Of a DNA stretch of 51,516 nt, positions 30,425 through 42,310 are shown one piece after another (the first letter of the stretch is position 1; the number at the start of each line of letters is the position of its first letter). The position numbers and the translations under genes were made by a program. The DNA comes from Janthinobacterium sp. GTDB lineage: Bacteria; Pseudomonadota; Gammaproteobacteria; Burkholderiales; Burkholderiaceae_D. The notes under the pieces are model-generated. The model had not been told where the DNA came from, did no database searches, and worked only from the letters and a program-made list of their open reading frames with translations. Where the stretch lies: NCBI GenBank assembly GCA_043787615.1, contig JAYVUV010000436.1, positions 1 to 51,516 on the forward strand, read 5' to 3'.

Positions 30425-33280
30425 TTATTTTTTCTGCTGCAACAAAGGCCCCAGGTATTTGCCGGTCACGCTGTCCGGATTGGCGGCCACCTCCTCCGGC
30501 GTGCCGGTGGCGATGATCTGGCCGCCGCCGGCGCCGCCCTCCGGACCCAGATCGACCAGCCAGTCTGCCGTCTTGATCACGTCGAGATTGTGCTCGATGA
30601 TGACCAGGGTGTTGCCCTGGTCGCGCAGGCGGTGGATCACCTTGAGCAGCAAATCGATATCGTGGAAATGCAGGCCGGTGGTCGGCTCGTCCAGGATATA
30701 CAGGGTGCGGCCGGTGTCGCGTTTGGACAATTCCAGCGACAGCTTGACCCGCTGCGCCTCGCCGCCCGAGAGGGTGGTGGCGCTCTGGCCCAGGCGGATG
30801 TAACCGAGCCCGACATCGAGCAAGGTGTGCAGCTTGCGCGCGATCACGGGAACCGGCTTGAAGAATTCATGCGCCTCTTCCACCGTCATGGCCAGCACCT
30901 CGGTCACGTTTTTGCCCTTGTAATGGACTTCCAGCGTTTCCCGGTTATAGCGCTTGCCGTGGCACACATCGCACGGCACATATACGTCCGGCAAGAAATG
31001 CATCTCGACCTTGATCACCCCGTCGCCCTGGCAGGCTTCGCAGCGCCCGCCCTTGACATTGAAGGAGAAGCGGCCCGCGCTGTAACCGCGTTCCTTGGCG
31101 GTCGGCACGGTGGCGAACAAATCGCGGATCGGCGTGAACAAACCGGTGTAGGTGGCTGGATTGGAGCGCGGGGTGCGTCCGATCGGGGCTTGATCGACCG
31201 CGATCACCTTGTCGAAATGCTCCAGGCCGCTGATCGAATCGTGCGGCGACGGTTCCGTCTGCGAACCGTAGAGATGGCGCGACAGGGCCGGATACAGGGT
31301 ATCGTTGACCAGCGAAGACTTGCCCGAGCCGGACACGCCGGTCACGCAGGTCATCAAGCCGACTGGCAGCCGCAGGGTGACATTTTTCAGATTGTTGCCG
31401 GTGGCGCCGGCGATCACCACTTGCTTGTCCGGATCGGCCGGGTGGCGCTGCTTCGGCACGGCGATTTTCAAGGTGCCGTTCAAGTATTTCGCCGTCAGCG
31501 AATTTTTGTTCTTGAGAATATCCTTGAGCGTGCCCTGGGCGATGATCTCGCCGCCATGCACCCCCGCGCCCAGGCCCATGTCGACCACGAAATCGGCGGT
31601 GCGGATGGCGTCCTCGTCGTGCTCGACCACCAGCACGCTGTTGCCGATGTCGCGCAAATGCTTGAGCGTTTCGATCAAGCGGTCGTTGTCGCGCTGATGC
31701 AAACCGATCGACGGTTCGTCGAGCACATACATCACCCCCGTCAAGCCGGAACCGATCTGCGAGGCCAGCCGGATACGCTGGGCTTCGCCGCCGGACAGGG
31801 TGTCGGCGCTGCGGTCGAGCGACAGATAATCGAGGCCCACATTGTTGAGGAACTTCAGGCGCGAGACGATTTCCTTGACCACGCGGTCGGCGATTTCCTT
31901 CTTGGAACCGGTGAGTTTGAGTTTTTCAAAGAAATCGAGCGTCTCGCGCAGCGGCTTGGCCGCCACTTCATATATCGCGCGTTGCTGCTTGCCGGTGCCG
32001 ACCTTGACGAAACGCGCCTCGACCCGCAGCCGCGCCCCGTGGCAGGATGGACATTGTTTTTCATTGATGAACTTAGCCAGTTCTTCCTTGACCGCCATCG
32101 AATCGGTTTCGCGGTAGCGCCGCGACAGATTGTTGACCACGCCTTCGAAGGTATGCTCGCGCACCACCGAGCGGCCGCGCTCGTTGACATAGGCGAACGG
32201 AATCGCTTGCTTGCCCGAACCGTAGAGCACCACTTGCTGCGAATTGAGCGCTAATTGCTCGAACGGCATATCGAGATCGAATGCATAGAATTCGGACAAA
32301 TTCTTGAGCATCTGGAAGTAAAACTGATTCCGCCTATCCCAACCCTTGACGGCGCCCGAGGCCAGCGACAGATTGGGGAACGCCACGATCCGTTTCGGAT
32401 CAAAGAATTCGATGTGGCCCAATCCGTCGCATTCCGGGCAGGCGCCCATCGGATTGTTAAACGAAAACAGGCGCGGTTCCAGCTCTTGCAGGGAATAGCC
32501 GCACTCGTTGCAGGCGAATTTGTTGGAATAAACGTGTTCTTGGGCCGTATCCATTTCGAGCGCGATCGCGCGCCCGTCGGCCAGGCGCAGCGCCGTCTCG
32601 AAACTTTCGGCCAAGCGTTGTTTGATCTCGGGATTGACCTTGACCCGGTCGATCACCACGTCGATGCTATGTTTTTCGGTTTTTTTCAGCTTGGGCAAAT
32701 CGTCGATTTCGACGATGCGCGCCTCGTGGGTGCCGCTTTGCACGCGGAAACGCACGAAGCCCTGGGCTTGCATTTGTTCGAACAAATCGACGTGCTCGCC
32801 CTTGCGGTTGGCCACCACGGGGGCCAGTATCATCAGTTTGGTGTCTTGCGGCATGGCCAGCACCGCGTCGACCATCTGCGACACCGTTTGCGCCGCCAGC
32901 GCATGGTCGGGGTGATTGATGCAGTAGGGCGTGCCGACACGCGCGTACAGCAGGCGCAAGTAATCGTGGATCTCGGTCACGGTGCCGACCGTCGAGCGCG
33001 GATTGTGCGAGGTGGCTTTTTGTTCGATGGAAATGGCGGGCGACAAGCCCTCGATCAAATCGACATCCGGCTTTTCCATCAATTGCAGGAATTGGCGCGC
33101 GTAGGCCGACAACGATTCGACATAGCGGCGCTGCCCCTCGGCATACAAGGTGTCGAACGCCAGCGACGACTTGCCGGAGCCGGACAAGCCGGTGATCACG
33201 ATCAACTTGTTGCGCGGGAGGTCGAGATTGATGTTTTTCAGGTTGTGCGTACGTGCGCCGCGAATGCGGATTAGTTCCAT
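30425..33280 (-). CDS. uvrA: Excinuclease ABC subunit A
   Basis: GARTHNLKN, two Walker A motifs ([16 protein letters not shown]), LSGGE twice, zinc fingers. Confidence 0.98.
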   Translation of the reverse strand: MELIRIRGARTHNLKNINLDLPRNKLIVITGLSGSGKSSLAFDTLYAEGQRRYVESLSAYARQFLQLMEKPDVDLIEGLSPAISIEQKATSHNPRSTVGTVTEIHDYLRLLYARVGTPYCINHPDHALAAQTVSQMVDAVLAMPQDTKLMILAPVVANRKGEHVDLFEQMQAQGFVRFRVQSGTHEARIVEIDDLPKLKKTEKHSIDVVIDRVKVNPEIKQRLAESFETALRLADGRAIALEMDTAQEHVYSNKFACNECGYSLQELEPRLFSFNNPMGACPECDGLGHIEFFDPKRIVAFPNLSLASGAVKGWDRRNQFYFQMLKNLSEFYAFDLDMPFEQLALNSQQVVLYGSGKQAIPFAYVNERGRSVVREHTFEGVVNNLSRRYRETDSMAVKEELAKFINEKQCPSCHGARLRVEARFVKVGTGKQQRAIYEVAAKPLRETLDFFEKLKLTGSKKEIADRVVKEIVSRLKFLNNVGLDYLSLDRSADTLSGGEAQRIRLASQIGSGLTGVMYVLDEPSIGLHQRDNDRLIETLKHLRDIGNSVLVVEHDEDAIRTADFVVDMGLGAGVHGGEIIAQGTLKDILKNKNSLTAKYLNGTLKIAVPKQRHPADPDKQVVIAGATGNNLKNVTLRLPVGLMTCVTGVSGSGKSSLVNDTLYPALSRHLYGSQTEPSPHDSISGLEHFDKVIAVDQAPIGRTPRSNPATYTGLFTPIRDLFATVPTAKERGYSAGRFSFNVKGGRCEACQGDGVIKVEMHFLPDVYVPCDVCHGKRYNRETLEVHYKGKNVTEVLAMTVEEAHEFFKPVPVIARKLHTLLDVGLGYIRLGQSATTLSGGEAQRVKLSLELSKRDTGRTLYILDEPTTGLHFHDIDLLLKVIHRLRDQGNTLVIIEHNLDVIKTADWLVDLGPEGGAGGGQIIATGTPEEVAANPDSVTGKYLGPLLQQKK

Positions 33281-33409
33281 GTGTTTGCCTTAAACGGGTC
33301 AGCCTCATACTATAGCCGTGTTTCGAAAGCGACGTCCGGAGAGACGATTGTAGCGTCCACAGGTGCGGCGAGGGCATATCGATGTTGCTCAGGATTGGGT
33401 AACTTGACA

Positions 33410-33425
33410 CTGTATATAATACCAG
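33410..33425. promoter_or_regulatory. LexA box upstream of uvrA
   Basis: CTGTATATAATACCAG (CTG-N10-CAG). Confidence 0.85.
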
Positions 33426-33489
33426 TGTTCATTGCGTAAACAAAACGCCTGCGGTGTGTGCGAGCGGCGCCGGAAGCGGCTGTCGCCAT

Positions 33490-33520
33490 AAAAAAAGCCC
33501 GTCGTGGCGCCGGCGGGCTT
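33490..33520 (-). terminator. Intrinsic terminator of the lipoprotein gene
   Basis: - strand AAGCCCGCCG...CGACGGGCTTTTTT. Confidence 0.75.
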
Positions 33521-33559
33521 GTGTCGCGCGATCCGGCGCGGTCGGAGCCGCGCCGGTGC

Positions 33560-34210
33560 TTAGCGGACTTGCTTCAAGTCGTCCGCCAACATCTTGCTGA
33601 CGATGGCGGAAGCGGTGGTCATGGCGGTGCGCAGCAGTTCGGGTTCCCGCATGTATTCATCGAATTCTTTCGAGGTTTTATTGTCTGAATTGAAAGGTAA
33701 TACGCCATCGGTTTTTTGCCAGACCACGGTGCCGTCCGCCTTTTTCATGGTCGCCGCGACCTTCATCGTCGGATACAGCGCGCTGAACCCATGTGTCTGG
33801 CCCAAGCCATAGAATTGCACCACCAGCGTCACTTCGGCATCGCTGGCCGTGGCCGGATCGACCACGGTCAAGCCCGCGCCTTCGACGGCGCGTTTGAATT
33901 CGGCCGCCAAAATGTCGGGCAAGGAAATGTTGGCTTCCTTCATCTTGGCCACGATCGCTGCGCTGGGACCGGCGGTGCTGTCCGAGCCAAGCATGGCGCC
34001 AAGCGCGCCGCCGACCGCGGCCAGCGATTGTTCGCGACCATGGTAAAACATTTTTTCAGGAAGTGTGACGCTAGGATCGATCTTGATCGTTTTGATGGCG
34101 GCGCGGTCGGCGGCGCCCATGGGTGTGCTGGTGGCGCAGGCGCTCAACAGGGCGGCCATCACGAGTGGCAACAAGGCTTTGGCGCCCGTGCGCAGGAAAG
34201 AAAAGTTCAT
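33560..34210 (-). CDS. Hypothetical lipoprotein
   Basis: Lipobox LLSAC and a Gly-rich VGGALGAMLG segment. Confidence 0.8.
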   Translation of the reverse strand: MNFSFLRTGAKALLPLVMAALLSACATSTPMGAADRAAIKTIKIDPSVTLPEKMFYHGREQSLAAVGGALGAMLGSDSTAGPSAAIVAKMKEANISLPDILAAEFKRAVEGAGLTVVDPATASDAEVTLVVQFYGLGQTHGFSALYPTMKVAATMKKADGTVVWQKTDGVLPFNSDNKTSKEFDEYMREPELLRTAMTTASAIVSKMLADDLKQVR

Positions 34211-34372
34211 GGAGATGGTATCGGAAAGAAGGGAAGGAGGGCGGATCGGAATGCGCGCGCAGTATAGCGGTGAATTGCATATTTAGCAATCAAAGGTGAT
34301 TTTTTGATCTTTTTATTTCACCGGACGGCATTTTTTCGGAAGAAAACGCGGCTTTACCGAAGCGGAAAAATA

Positions 34373-34388
34373 CTGTATATAATATCAG
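34373..34388. promoter_or_regulatory. LexA box between the lipoprotein gene and ssb
   Basis: CTGTATATAATATCAG (CTG-N10-CAG). Confidence 0.85.
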
Positions 34389-34565
34389 TGTTTAGCCGTG
34401 CGGCTTGCTGTTTCCAAAGGGAAGCGGCAAGCCGGGTGGTCGCGCTCGTCGCTTGAATGGGGCCGGTCGAGCGCTCGCCTTGCCGAGGTGAGTCGCTTAT
34501 AATCGTCGTTTAGAAAATATCCACGCGCGTCGCGGTCCGCCGCCGCAGCTCAACAGGAGTCATTC

Positions 34566-35072
34566 ATGGCATCAGTCAACAAAGTCATTATCGTCGGCAA
34601 TTTGGGCCGGGATCCGGAAATCCGCTATATGCCGAGCGGCGACGCCATCGCCAACATCGCTGTTGCGACATCATATAAGTCGAAAGACAAAAACACGGGC
34701 GAGCAAAAGGAAGTGACCGAGTGGCACCGCATCTCCTTTTTCGGCCGCTTGGCGGAAATTGTCGGCCAATACTTGAAAAAGGGTTCCTCGGTCTACGTCG
34801 AAGGTCGCTTGCAGACCCGCAAGTACACCGACAAAGATGGCATCGAAAAATATGCGACCGATATCGTCGCCGAGCAGATGCAAATGCTGGGTGGCCGCCA
34901 AGGCATGGGCGGCGGCGACGGCATGGACGATGGCAGCGGCGGTGGTTATGACGCGCCGCCTAGCCGTCCTGCCCCGTCCCCACGGCCGCAGCAGCAACAA
35001 GCGCCGGCCGCGCGCCCCGCGCCGAAGCCGGCGCCGAACTTCTCGGACATGGACGACGACATCCCGTTCTAA
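34566..35072 (+). CDS. ssb: Single-stranded DNA-binding protein
   Basis: [34 protein letters not shown], terminal DDDIPF. Confidence 0.98.
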   Translation: MASVNKVIIVGNLGRDPEIRYMPSGDAIANIAVATSYKSKDKNTGEQKEVTEWHRISFFGRLAEIVGQYLKKGSSVYVEGRLQTRKYTDKDGIEKYATDIVAEQMQMLGGRQGMGGGDGMDDGSGGGYDAPPSRPAPSPRPQQQQAPAARPAPKPAPNFSDMDDDIPF

Positions 35073-35096
35073 TCGGATAGGATTGGTGTTGATTTT

Positions 35097-35130
35097 AAGC
35101 CCGTTCTTCGAGAGAAGAGTGGGCTTTTCC
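35097..35130 (+). terminator. Probable ssb terminator
   Basis: AAGCCCGTTCTTC...GAAGAGTGGGCTT hairpin followed by a short pyrimidine tail. Confidence 0.65.
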
Positions 35131-35229
35131 TTATGCTGCTGCGAGCGCGGTCAAATGCATTGGCGAGCGGGTTGGCAAGTCGTGCCGGATGGGCCAGCAT
35201 CCCCAAGCAAGGCCATATGGACGCTGCTC

Positions 35230-35738
35230 CGTGTGGATCCGGTCGAGGATGGCTACGAAGCGGTGTTCCGCGTCGGCACATTGGTGGATTCGTCGCTGAC
35301 AGCGCGCCTTGCGCCCGTTCCGCCTGCTGGCGTGCGCCTCACCGGCGTATCTGGTGCAACGCGGCATCCGCGTCATCCGGCCGACTTGAGCGGCCACGAA
35401 TGCCTGGGGTATGCCAGCACGCGGGGCGAGTCGGGCGACTGGCGATTCTTGCGCGATGCCGCCAAATCGATGCCCGCGTCCATAGTCAGTCGCAGGTAAA
35501 TAATGCCGCCGCCTTGCTCTCCTGCGCTCTGGACGGGTTCGGCATCGCTTTCATCGCGGGAGATTTGGTGCGATCGGCCATCGCCGGCGGGCAATGGGTG
35601 CGGATCGTGACGGCGTTCGATACCCATCGCGGCCATGCACTTGCTGTTTCATGCCGATCGGCATTGACGAGCAAGTTGCGCAGTTTTGTCGATCTGATCA
35701 CGCGGGAGCTCGGCCCCGAGATGCTGCCGGGTGCGTGA
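35230..35738 (+). pseudogene. LysR-family regulator remnant (effector-binding domain only, several frameshifts)
   Basis: VDPVEDGYEAVFRVGTLVDSSLTAR / PFRLLACASPAYLVQRG / HPADLSGHECLGY / VNNAAALLSCALDGFGIA...SKLRSFVDL are spread over three frames. No HTH. Confidence 0.8.
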
Positions 35739-35794
35739 ACATGCCCGGTCCCGCGCCCGGCCAACTTGGCGAAGCGTGCGGCTTGATTCGGACG

Positions 35795-36889
35795 CTACAG
35801 TTCGGGCGAGCGCGCCATGCCCAGCGTGAGGGCGAGTCGCAAATCTTCCACATAAAGCTCGGGCTGTTCCCAAGCCGCGAAATGACCGCCGTTTTTGTGC
35901 TCGACATATGTATGAACGTTGACAAAGCGCGTGGCGAAACCGCGTGGCGCGGGCTTGGTGTCTTGCGCAAAAACGCTCAGTACGGTGGGCGTGTGCACAT
36001 AACTCACCGGTGGCGCAAAGTCGACGTAGGGCGCGAACGATGTGCCGATCGTGCCCGTGAACCAATACGCGCTGATCCAGGTGAGCAAGTCCTCTTCCGA
36101 AAACGGCGTTTCCGCCCAGCCGCGCAGTTTCTCGAGCAGCCAGGCCGCCAGCCCGGCCGGCGAATCCGCCAAGCCCGGCGCAAGGGTATGCGGTTTGGTC
36201 GATTGTTGCGCGATATACGCGCCTTCCTTGCGCTGCCAGAGCGCCACGCGGTCGAGGTAGGCGAGATCGTCCGCGTCGAGTGCCGAGCGGTCCGCGAACA
36301 CCGCATGTAATGGTGAAATATTTGTCAGGTGTAGCGCCCCGACCCGGTCCGGGTGCATCGCGGCCAATTGCTCGGCGATATCGGCCCCCACGTCCCCGGC
36401 CGAGATGACATAGCGCTCGTAGCCAAGCGAGCGCATTGCTTCGGCCACCAGGGCCGCCATGACCAGCACGTTCATGCCCGGCTCGCTCGCTTCCGGCGCG
36501 AACGGAAAGCCCGGTAGCGCCGGTACCACGACATGCACGTCAGAAAGTAGCGGCAGCACACGCTCGAAGCGCAGCACCGAGTCGGGCCATCCGTGCAGTA
36601 ACACCACCACGGGCGCGTCGGCGGCGGCGGCGCGTTGATGTATCACCCGCAAGCTCTGGTCGCCGGCCTCGACCGTCTCCCACGGCAAGCCGAGGATGCG
36701 GCTTTCGTGGGCGCGCCAGTCGTAACGCTCGCGCCAGTAGTCGAGCAAGGCGGCGAGAAAGTCGGCATCGGTGCCGCGCGTCCAGCCGACTTGGCGGGGA
36801 AGGACCGGCCTGCGCGTGGCCGCGAGCCGTCGGTGCAGCTCATCGATGTCGACTTGGGGTATTGGACTGAGAAGAGGTGTAGGTTTCAT
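35795..36889 (-). CDS. Epoxide hydrolase family (EHN-domain alpha/beta hydrolase)
   Basis: LHRRLAATR, YWRERYDWRAHE, LLHGWPDS, GDVGA nucleophile, GGHFAAWEQPE. Confidence 0.88.
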   Translation of the reverse strand: MKPTPLLSPIPQVDIDELHRRLAATRRPVLPRQVGWTRGTDADFLAALLDYWRERYDWRAHESRILGLPWETVEAGDQSLRVIHQRAAAADAPVVVLLHGWPDSVLRFERVLPLLSDVHVVVPALPGFPFAPEASEPGMNVLVMAALVAEAMRSLGYERYVISAGDVGADIAEQLAAMHPDRVGALHLTNISPLHAVFADRSALDADDLAYLDRVALWQRKEGAYIAQQSTKPHTLAPGLADSPAGLAAWLLEKLRGWAETPFSEEDLLTWISAYWFTGTIGTSFAPYVDFAPPVSYVHTPTVLSVFAQDTKPAPRGFATRFVNVHTYVEHKNGGHFAAWEQPELYVEDLRLALTLGMARSPEL

Positions 36890-36931
36890 GTGTACGAGCA
36901 TACACATATTTCTTGTGTGCGACAATACACA
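36889..36931. promoter_or_regulatory. Two tandem 18-bp palindromic operators (probable TetR sites)
   Basis: TGTGTACGAGCATACACA (36889-36906) and TGTGTGCGACAATACACA (36914-36931) between the divergent hydrolase and tetR genes. Confidence 0.75.
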
Positions 36932-36973
36932 TCTTTATTGTGGCTTGGACGGGCGAATGAAACAGGAAGCAAG

Positions 36974-37552
36974 ATGAGCGCCACGCCGCCCAGACCCAAG
37001 GATGCCGCGCGCACTCGCGAGCGCATTCTTGTCGCCGCCCGCCGCGAATTCGCCCGGGCCGGTTTCGCCGCGACCACCGTGCGCGCGATCGCCACCTCGG
37101 CGGCGGTGTCGCCCAATCTCATCACCCGCTATTTCGGTGGCAAGGAAGGACTGTTTGTCGCCGCGACCGAAGTCCATCTGAAGCTTGATCGCCTATTCGA
37201 CGGCGCGCGCGCATCGCTAGGGCAACGGATGGCGGAAAGTATCGTCACCCGTTGGACCACGATGGAGGGGGAAGACCCGCTCCTGGTTCTGCTACGGGCC
37301 GCAGGCGAACGCAGCGAAGCCGCCAAGGCCTTATCGGTGTTTCTGGACCAAGAGTCGCTGGGACCGCTGCAAGGCCAATTGATGCGCTATGGCATGGATG
37401 AGCAGGACGCCCGCGCCCGTGCTCGCGCCATCGACATCTTCGTGCTCGGGATTACCTCGCGGCTACGCGTGCTGAGCGACGACCTCGGCGATACCGACGC
37501 GTTAAAGAGCTGGATCGCGCTCACCATTCAGCGGCTGCTGGACGCCGCCTAG
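36974..37552 (+). CDS. TetR-family transcriptional regulator
   Basis: TRERILVAARREFARAGFAATTVRAIA...RYFGGKEGLF HTH. Confidence 0.92.
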   Translation: MSATPPRPKDAARTRERILVAARREFARAGFAATTVRAIATSAAVSPNLITRYFGGKEGLFVAATEVHLKLDRLFDGARASLGQRMAESIVTRWTTMEGEDPLLVLLRAAGERSEAAKALSVFLDQESLGPLQGQLMRYGMDEQDARARARAIDIFVLGITSRLRVLSDDLGDTDALKSWIALTIQRLLDAA

Positions 37553-37732
37553 ACCCAACGGGCAGGTTTCCGGACGCGCGGTGCGGCGCCCGGTGCGTCA
37601 CCTTATCTACCGCAAAAGTAGACATGTATACAATCCCGTGGTATCTTTCCGCTAGGATTTATATTCCCACAAGAAACTTCATGAGTCGCACAGCAATTTT
37701 CCGACTCTTCTATTTGATGGACATGGAAAAAA

Positions 37733-40162
<2,430 letters not shown>

Positions 40163-40173
40163 CAACGCACGTG

Positions 40174-40240
40174 AGCCGCGCCGTTTGTATCGGCGCGGCT
40201 GAGCCAGCCCGTCGACATGCCGTCGGCGGGCTATTTTATT
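40174..40240 (+). terminator. Double hairpin and terminator after the protease gene
   Basis: AGCCGCGCCG/CGGCGCGGCT, then AGCCCGTCGAC/GTCGGCGGGCT followed by ATTTTATTTT. Confidence 0.7.
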
Positions 40241-40515
40241 TTGGCCTCGGCGCGTACTGCCACCTAGCTTCGTCATCGAACTCGCCGGCGTCAGCTGTGC
40301 CCAGGCCCGACACTTGTCGAGCGCGCACAGGGCGCGATGGTGGAATGGGCCGACCATCGCGCGGGCTGATCGGCTTATTCGCCACAGCATGACCGATAAA
40401 CCGGCGCCGGCATTGAGGGGGGCGCGCGATTCCGATACTATTTTCAGACAGTAACCATCGCGGCCGCCACTGTGGAACACGGCGCGCCAGGTTCATCTCG
40501 ATAAAGGGTTCGTCC

Positions 40516-41130
40516 ATGCCGAATAACACGACGCCGTCGAACGCCCATGCCGCTTGGCCCGTCAAATCGAGCGAGACGGTGGACGGCGCGACCGTTGCCC
40601 CGTCCTCGGTCGAAAAAGAGGAAAAGAAGCGGCTCGGCAGAGAGGGCGAGGATAAGCTCAACGACTGGTTCAAGTCGCAAAAAGTGGCTTACGTCGCCGT
40701 TTGCCAGCGGCCCGACACCTTCGCGCCGATGTTTTCCGGCACCACCAAGCGGCCCGATTTCATGCTGCTGCTCGAAGGCGTGGGCATGATCGCGGTCGAC
40801 GCCAAAAATTGCGCCTTGCGGCAGGGCGATCGCTTCACCTTGGCCAAGGAACGCGAGTTGAAGTTGTCGGTCAACTTCGAACGCCTGTTTAGAATGCCGC
40901 TGTGGTATGCCTACCGCAACAACGCCGACGAACACAGCCCCTGGTATTGGATCAGCGCCTTGAAGGCCATCGAGGTCGGCGAGGACGCGGGCAAGCAGGG
41001 CGGCGAAATCTACCTCAGCATCAAATTGGAGCATTTCGAGCGGATGGATACCGCCGCCGATTTAGCCAAGTTGTTCACGCATCGCATGCCGTCCTATGCG
41101 AAAGTGTCGGCGCTGCCGCTGAAGTCTTGA
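40516..41130 (+). CDS. Putative PD-(D/E)xK nuclease-fold protein
   Basis: LGREGE helix, RPDFML...IAVDAK catalytic-type motif. Confidence 0.6.
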   Translation: MPNNTTPSNAHAAWPVKSSETVDGATVAPSSVEKEEKKRLGREGEDKLNDWFKSQKVAYVAVCQRPDTFAPMFSGTTKRPDFMLLLEGVGMIAVDAKNCALRQGDRFTLAKERELKLSVNFERLFRMPLWYAYRNNADEHSPWYWISALKAIEVGEDAGKQGGEIYLSIKLEHFERMDTAADLAKLFTHRMPSYAKVSALPLKS

Positions 41131-41137
41131 CGGCCCG

Positions 41138-41455
41138 GCCCATGCCCGTCTGCGCCGGGTGATCGCCCAAGCCGAACTGCTGGTCTATCCCGACGCGGTA
41201 TGGAGCGCGTTGGTGCCCAGCGCAGACCCGGAGCGCGAGCGCTTCGTCTTGTTCAGTTTTCATTTCACGCCCGGCCTGGATAATTCGGGATTCGTCGGTT
41301 GGCTGGCATCGCATCTGAAAGCGCAAACCGGCTCCGGGGTCATGCTGGTGTGCGGACAAAACTCGGGGCGCGGCGGCATCTTCGATTATTGGGGCGCGCC
41401 GCTGGCGGTGGCGCGGCAAGTGCTCGACGAAGTCCGCCTCCTGCGCGGCGAGTAA
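41138..41455 (+). pseudogene. Truncated DUF6196-like protein
   Basis: FHFTPGLDNSGFVGWLASHLK...CGQNSGRGGIFDYWG recognised from memory of that family. Similarity extends upstream of the GTG at 41159 (HARLRRVIAQAEL) with no start codon before an in-frame stop at 41120. Confidence 0.55.
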
Positions 41456-41619
41456 GGCGCACGCCGCTGTTTTTTCCTGCCGTTTTCGGGAAGCGCATTC
41501 CCGTTTTTGCCCGTATCGGTCCGTCTGCCAGGCGCCTACCATGTCGCCACCGGGCAGCGCGCGTCCGCGGGTGACGCGCCGCCGGTTCACCGTCATCTCC
41601 ACTGAAAAGGCTGCATACA

Positions 41620-42258
41620 ATGAAAACGGCAATCATAGGTTTAGGCAACATCGGCGCGACGCTGGCGCGCAATCTGACCGCTGGCGGCGCGCCCGTCATC
41701 GTGGCCGATAAAACCGGCGAGAAGGCGCACAGCCTGGCGCGCGAGCTCGGCGCGTCGGTCACGTCCATGTCGATCGCGGACGCCATCGGCCAGGCCGACA
41801 CCATCGTCCTGGCGGTGTATTTCGAGGCCATCAAAGAACTGCTCGTCACTTACCGCAGCCAGTTCGCCGGCAAGATCATCGTCGATCCATCGAATCCGAT
41901 CGCGCCCGACGGCCAGGGCGGCTTCCGCAAGACCATCGCGCCGGAGCAGTCGTCCGGGCAGCTGCTGGCCAAGCTGATTCCGCACGACGCCGAATTGGTC
42001 AAGGCGTTCGGCACCCTGGGCGCCGCGTCGCTCCAGTCGGCCGCGCACCGCCAGCCCGAGCCGGCGGTGCTGTTTTACGCGAGCGATTATCCGGAGGCGT
42101 CGCGCGCGGTGGCCAAGTTGATCGTCGCCAGCGGCTACGCGCCGCTCGCGATCGGCGGCATCGACCAGTCGATCCGGATCGAGGTGGGCGGTGACCTGCA
42201 CGAGTTCGGCAAGCTGGGCAAGCCGGTGTCCGCGCAAGAAGCCACGGCGCTGGTCTGA
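41620..42258 (+). CDS. NADP oxidoreductase, F420-dependent reductase-like (COG2085-type)
   Basis: GLGNIG Rossmann motif, IVDPSNP, VKAFGT. Confidence 0.82.
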   Translation: MKTAIIGLGNIGATLARNLTAGGAPVIVADKTGEKAHSLARELGASVTSMSIADAIGQADTIVLAVYFEAIKELLVTYRSQFAGKIIVDPSNPIAPDGQGGFRKTIAPEQSSGQLLAKLIPHDAELVKAFGTLGAASLQSAAHRQPEPAVLFYASDYPEASRAVAKLIVASGYAPLAIGGIDQSIRIEVGGDLHEFGKLGKPVSAQEATALV

Positions 42259-42310
42259 GTCGCGCTAAAATCGGTCCGACCGAAGCCAAACGACAGAGCG
42301 ACCGCCCGAC

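Noticed and set aside
41474-41492. Imperfect palindrome TTCCTG-N7-CGGGAA upstream of the reductase
   Set aside because: Plausible regulator site but lacks a clean T-N11-A; too weak to call.
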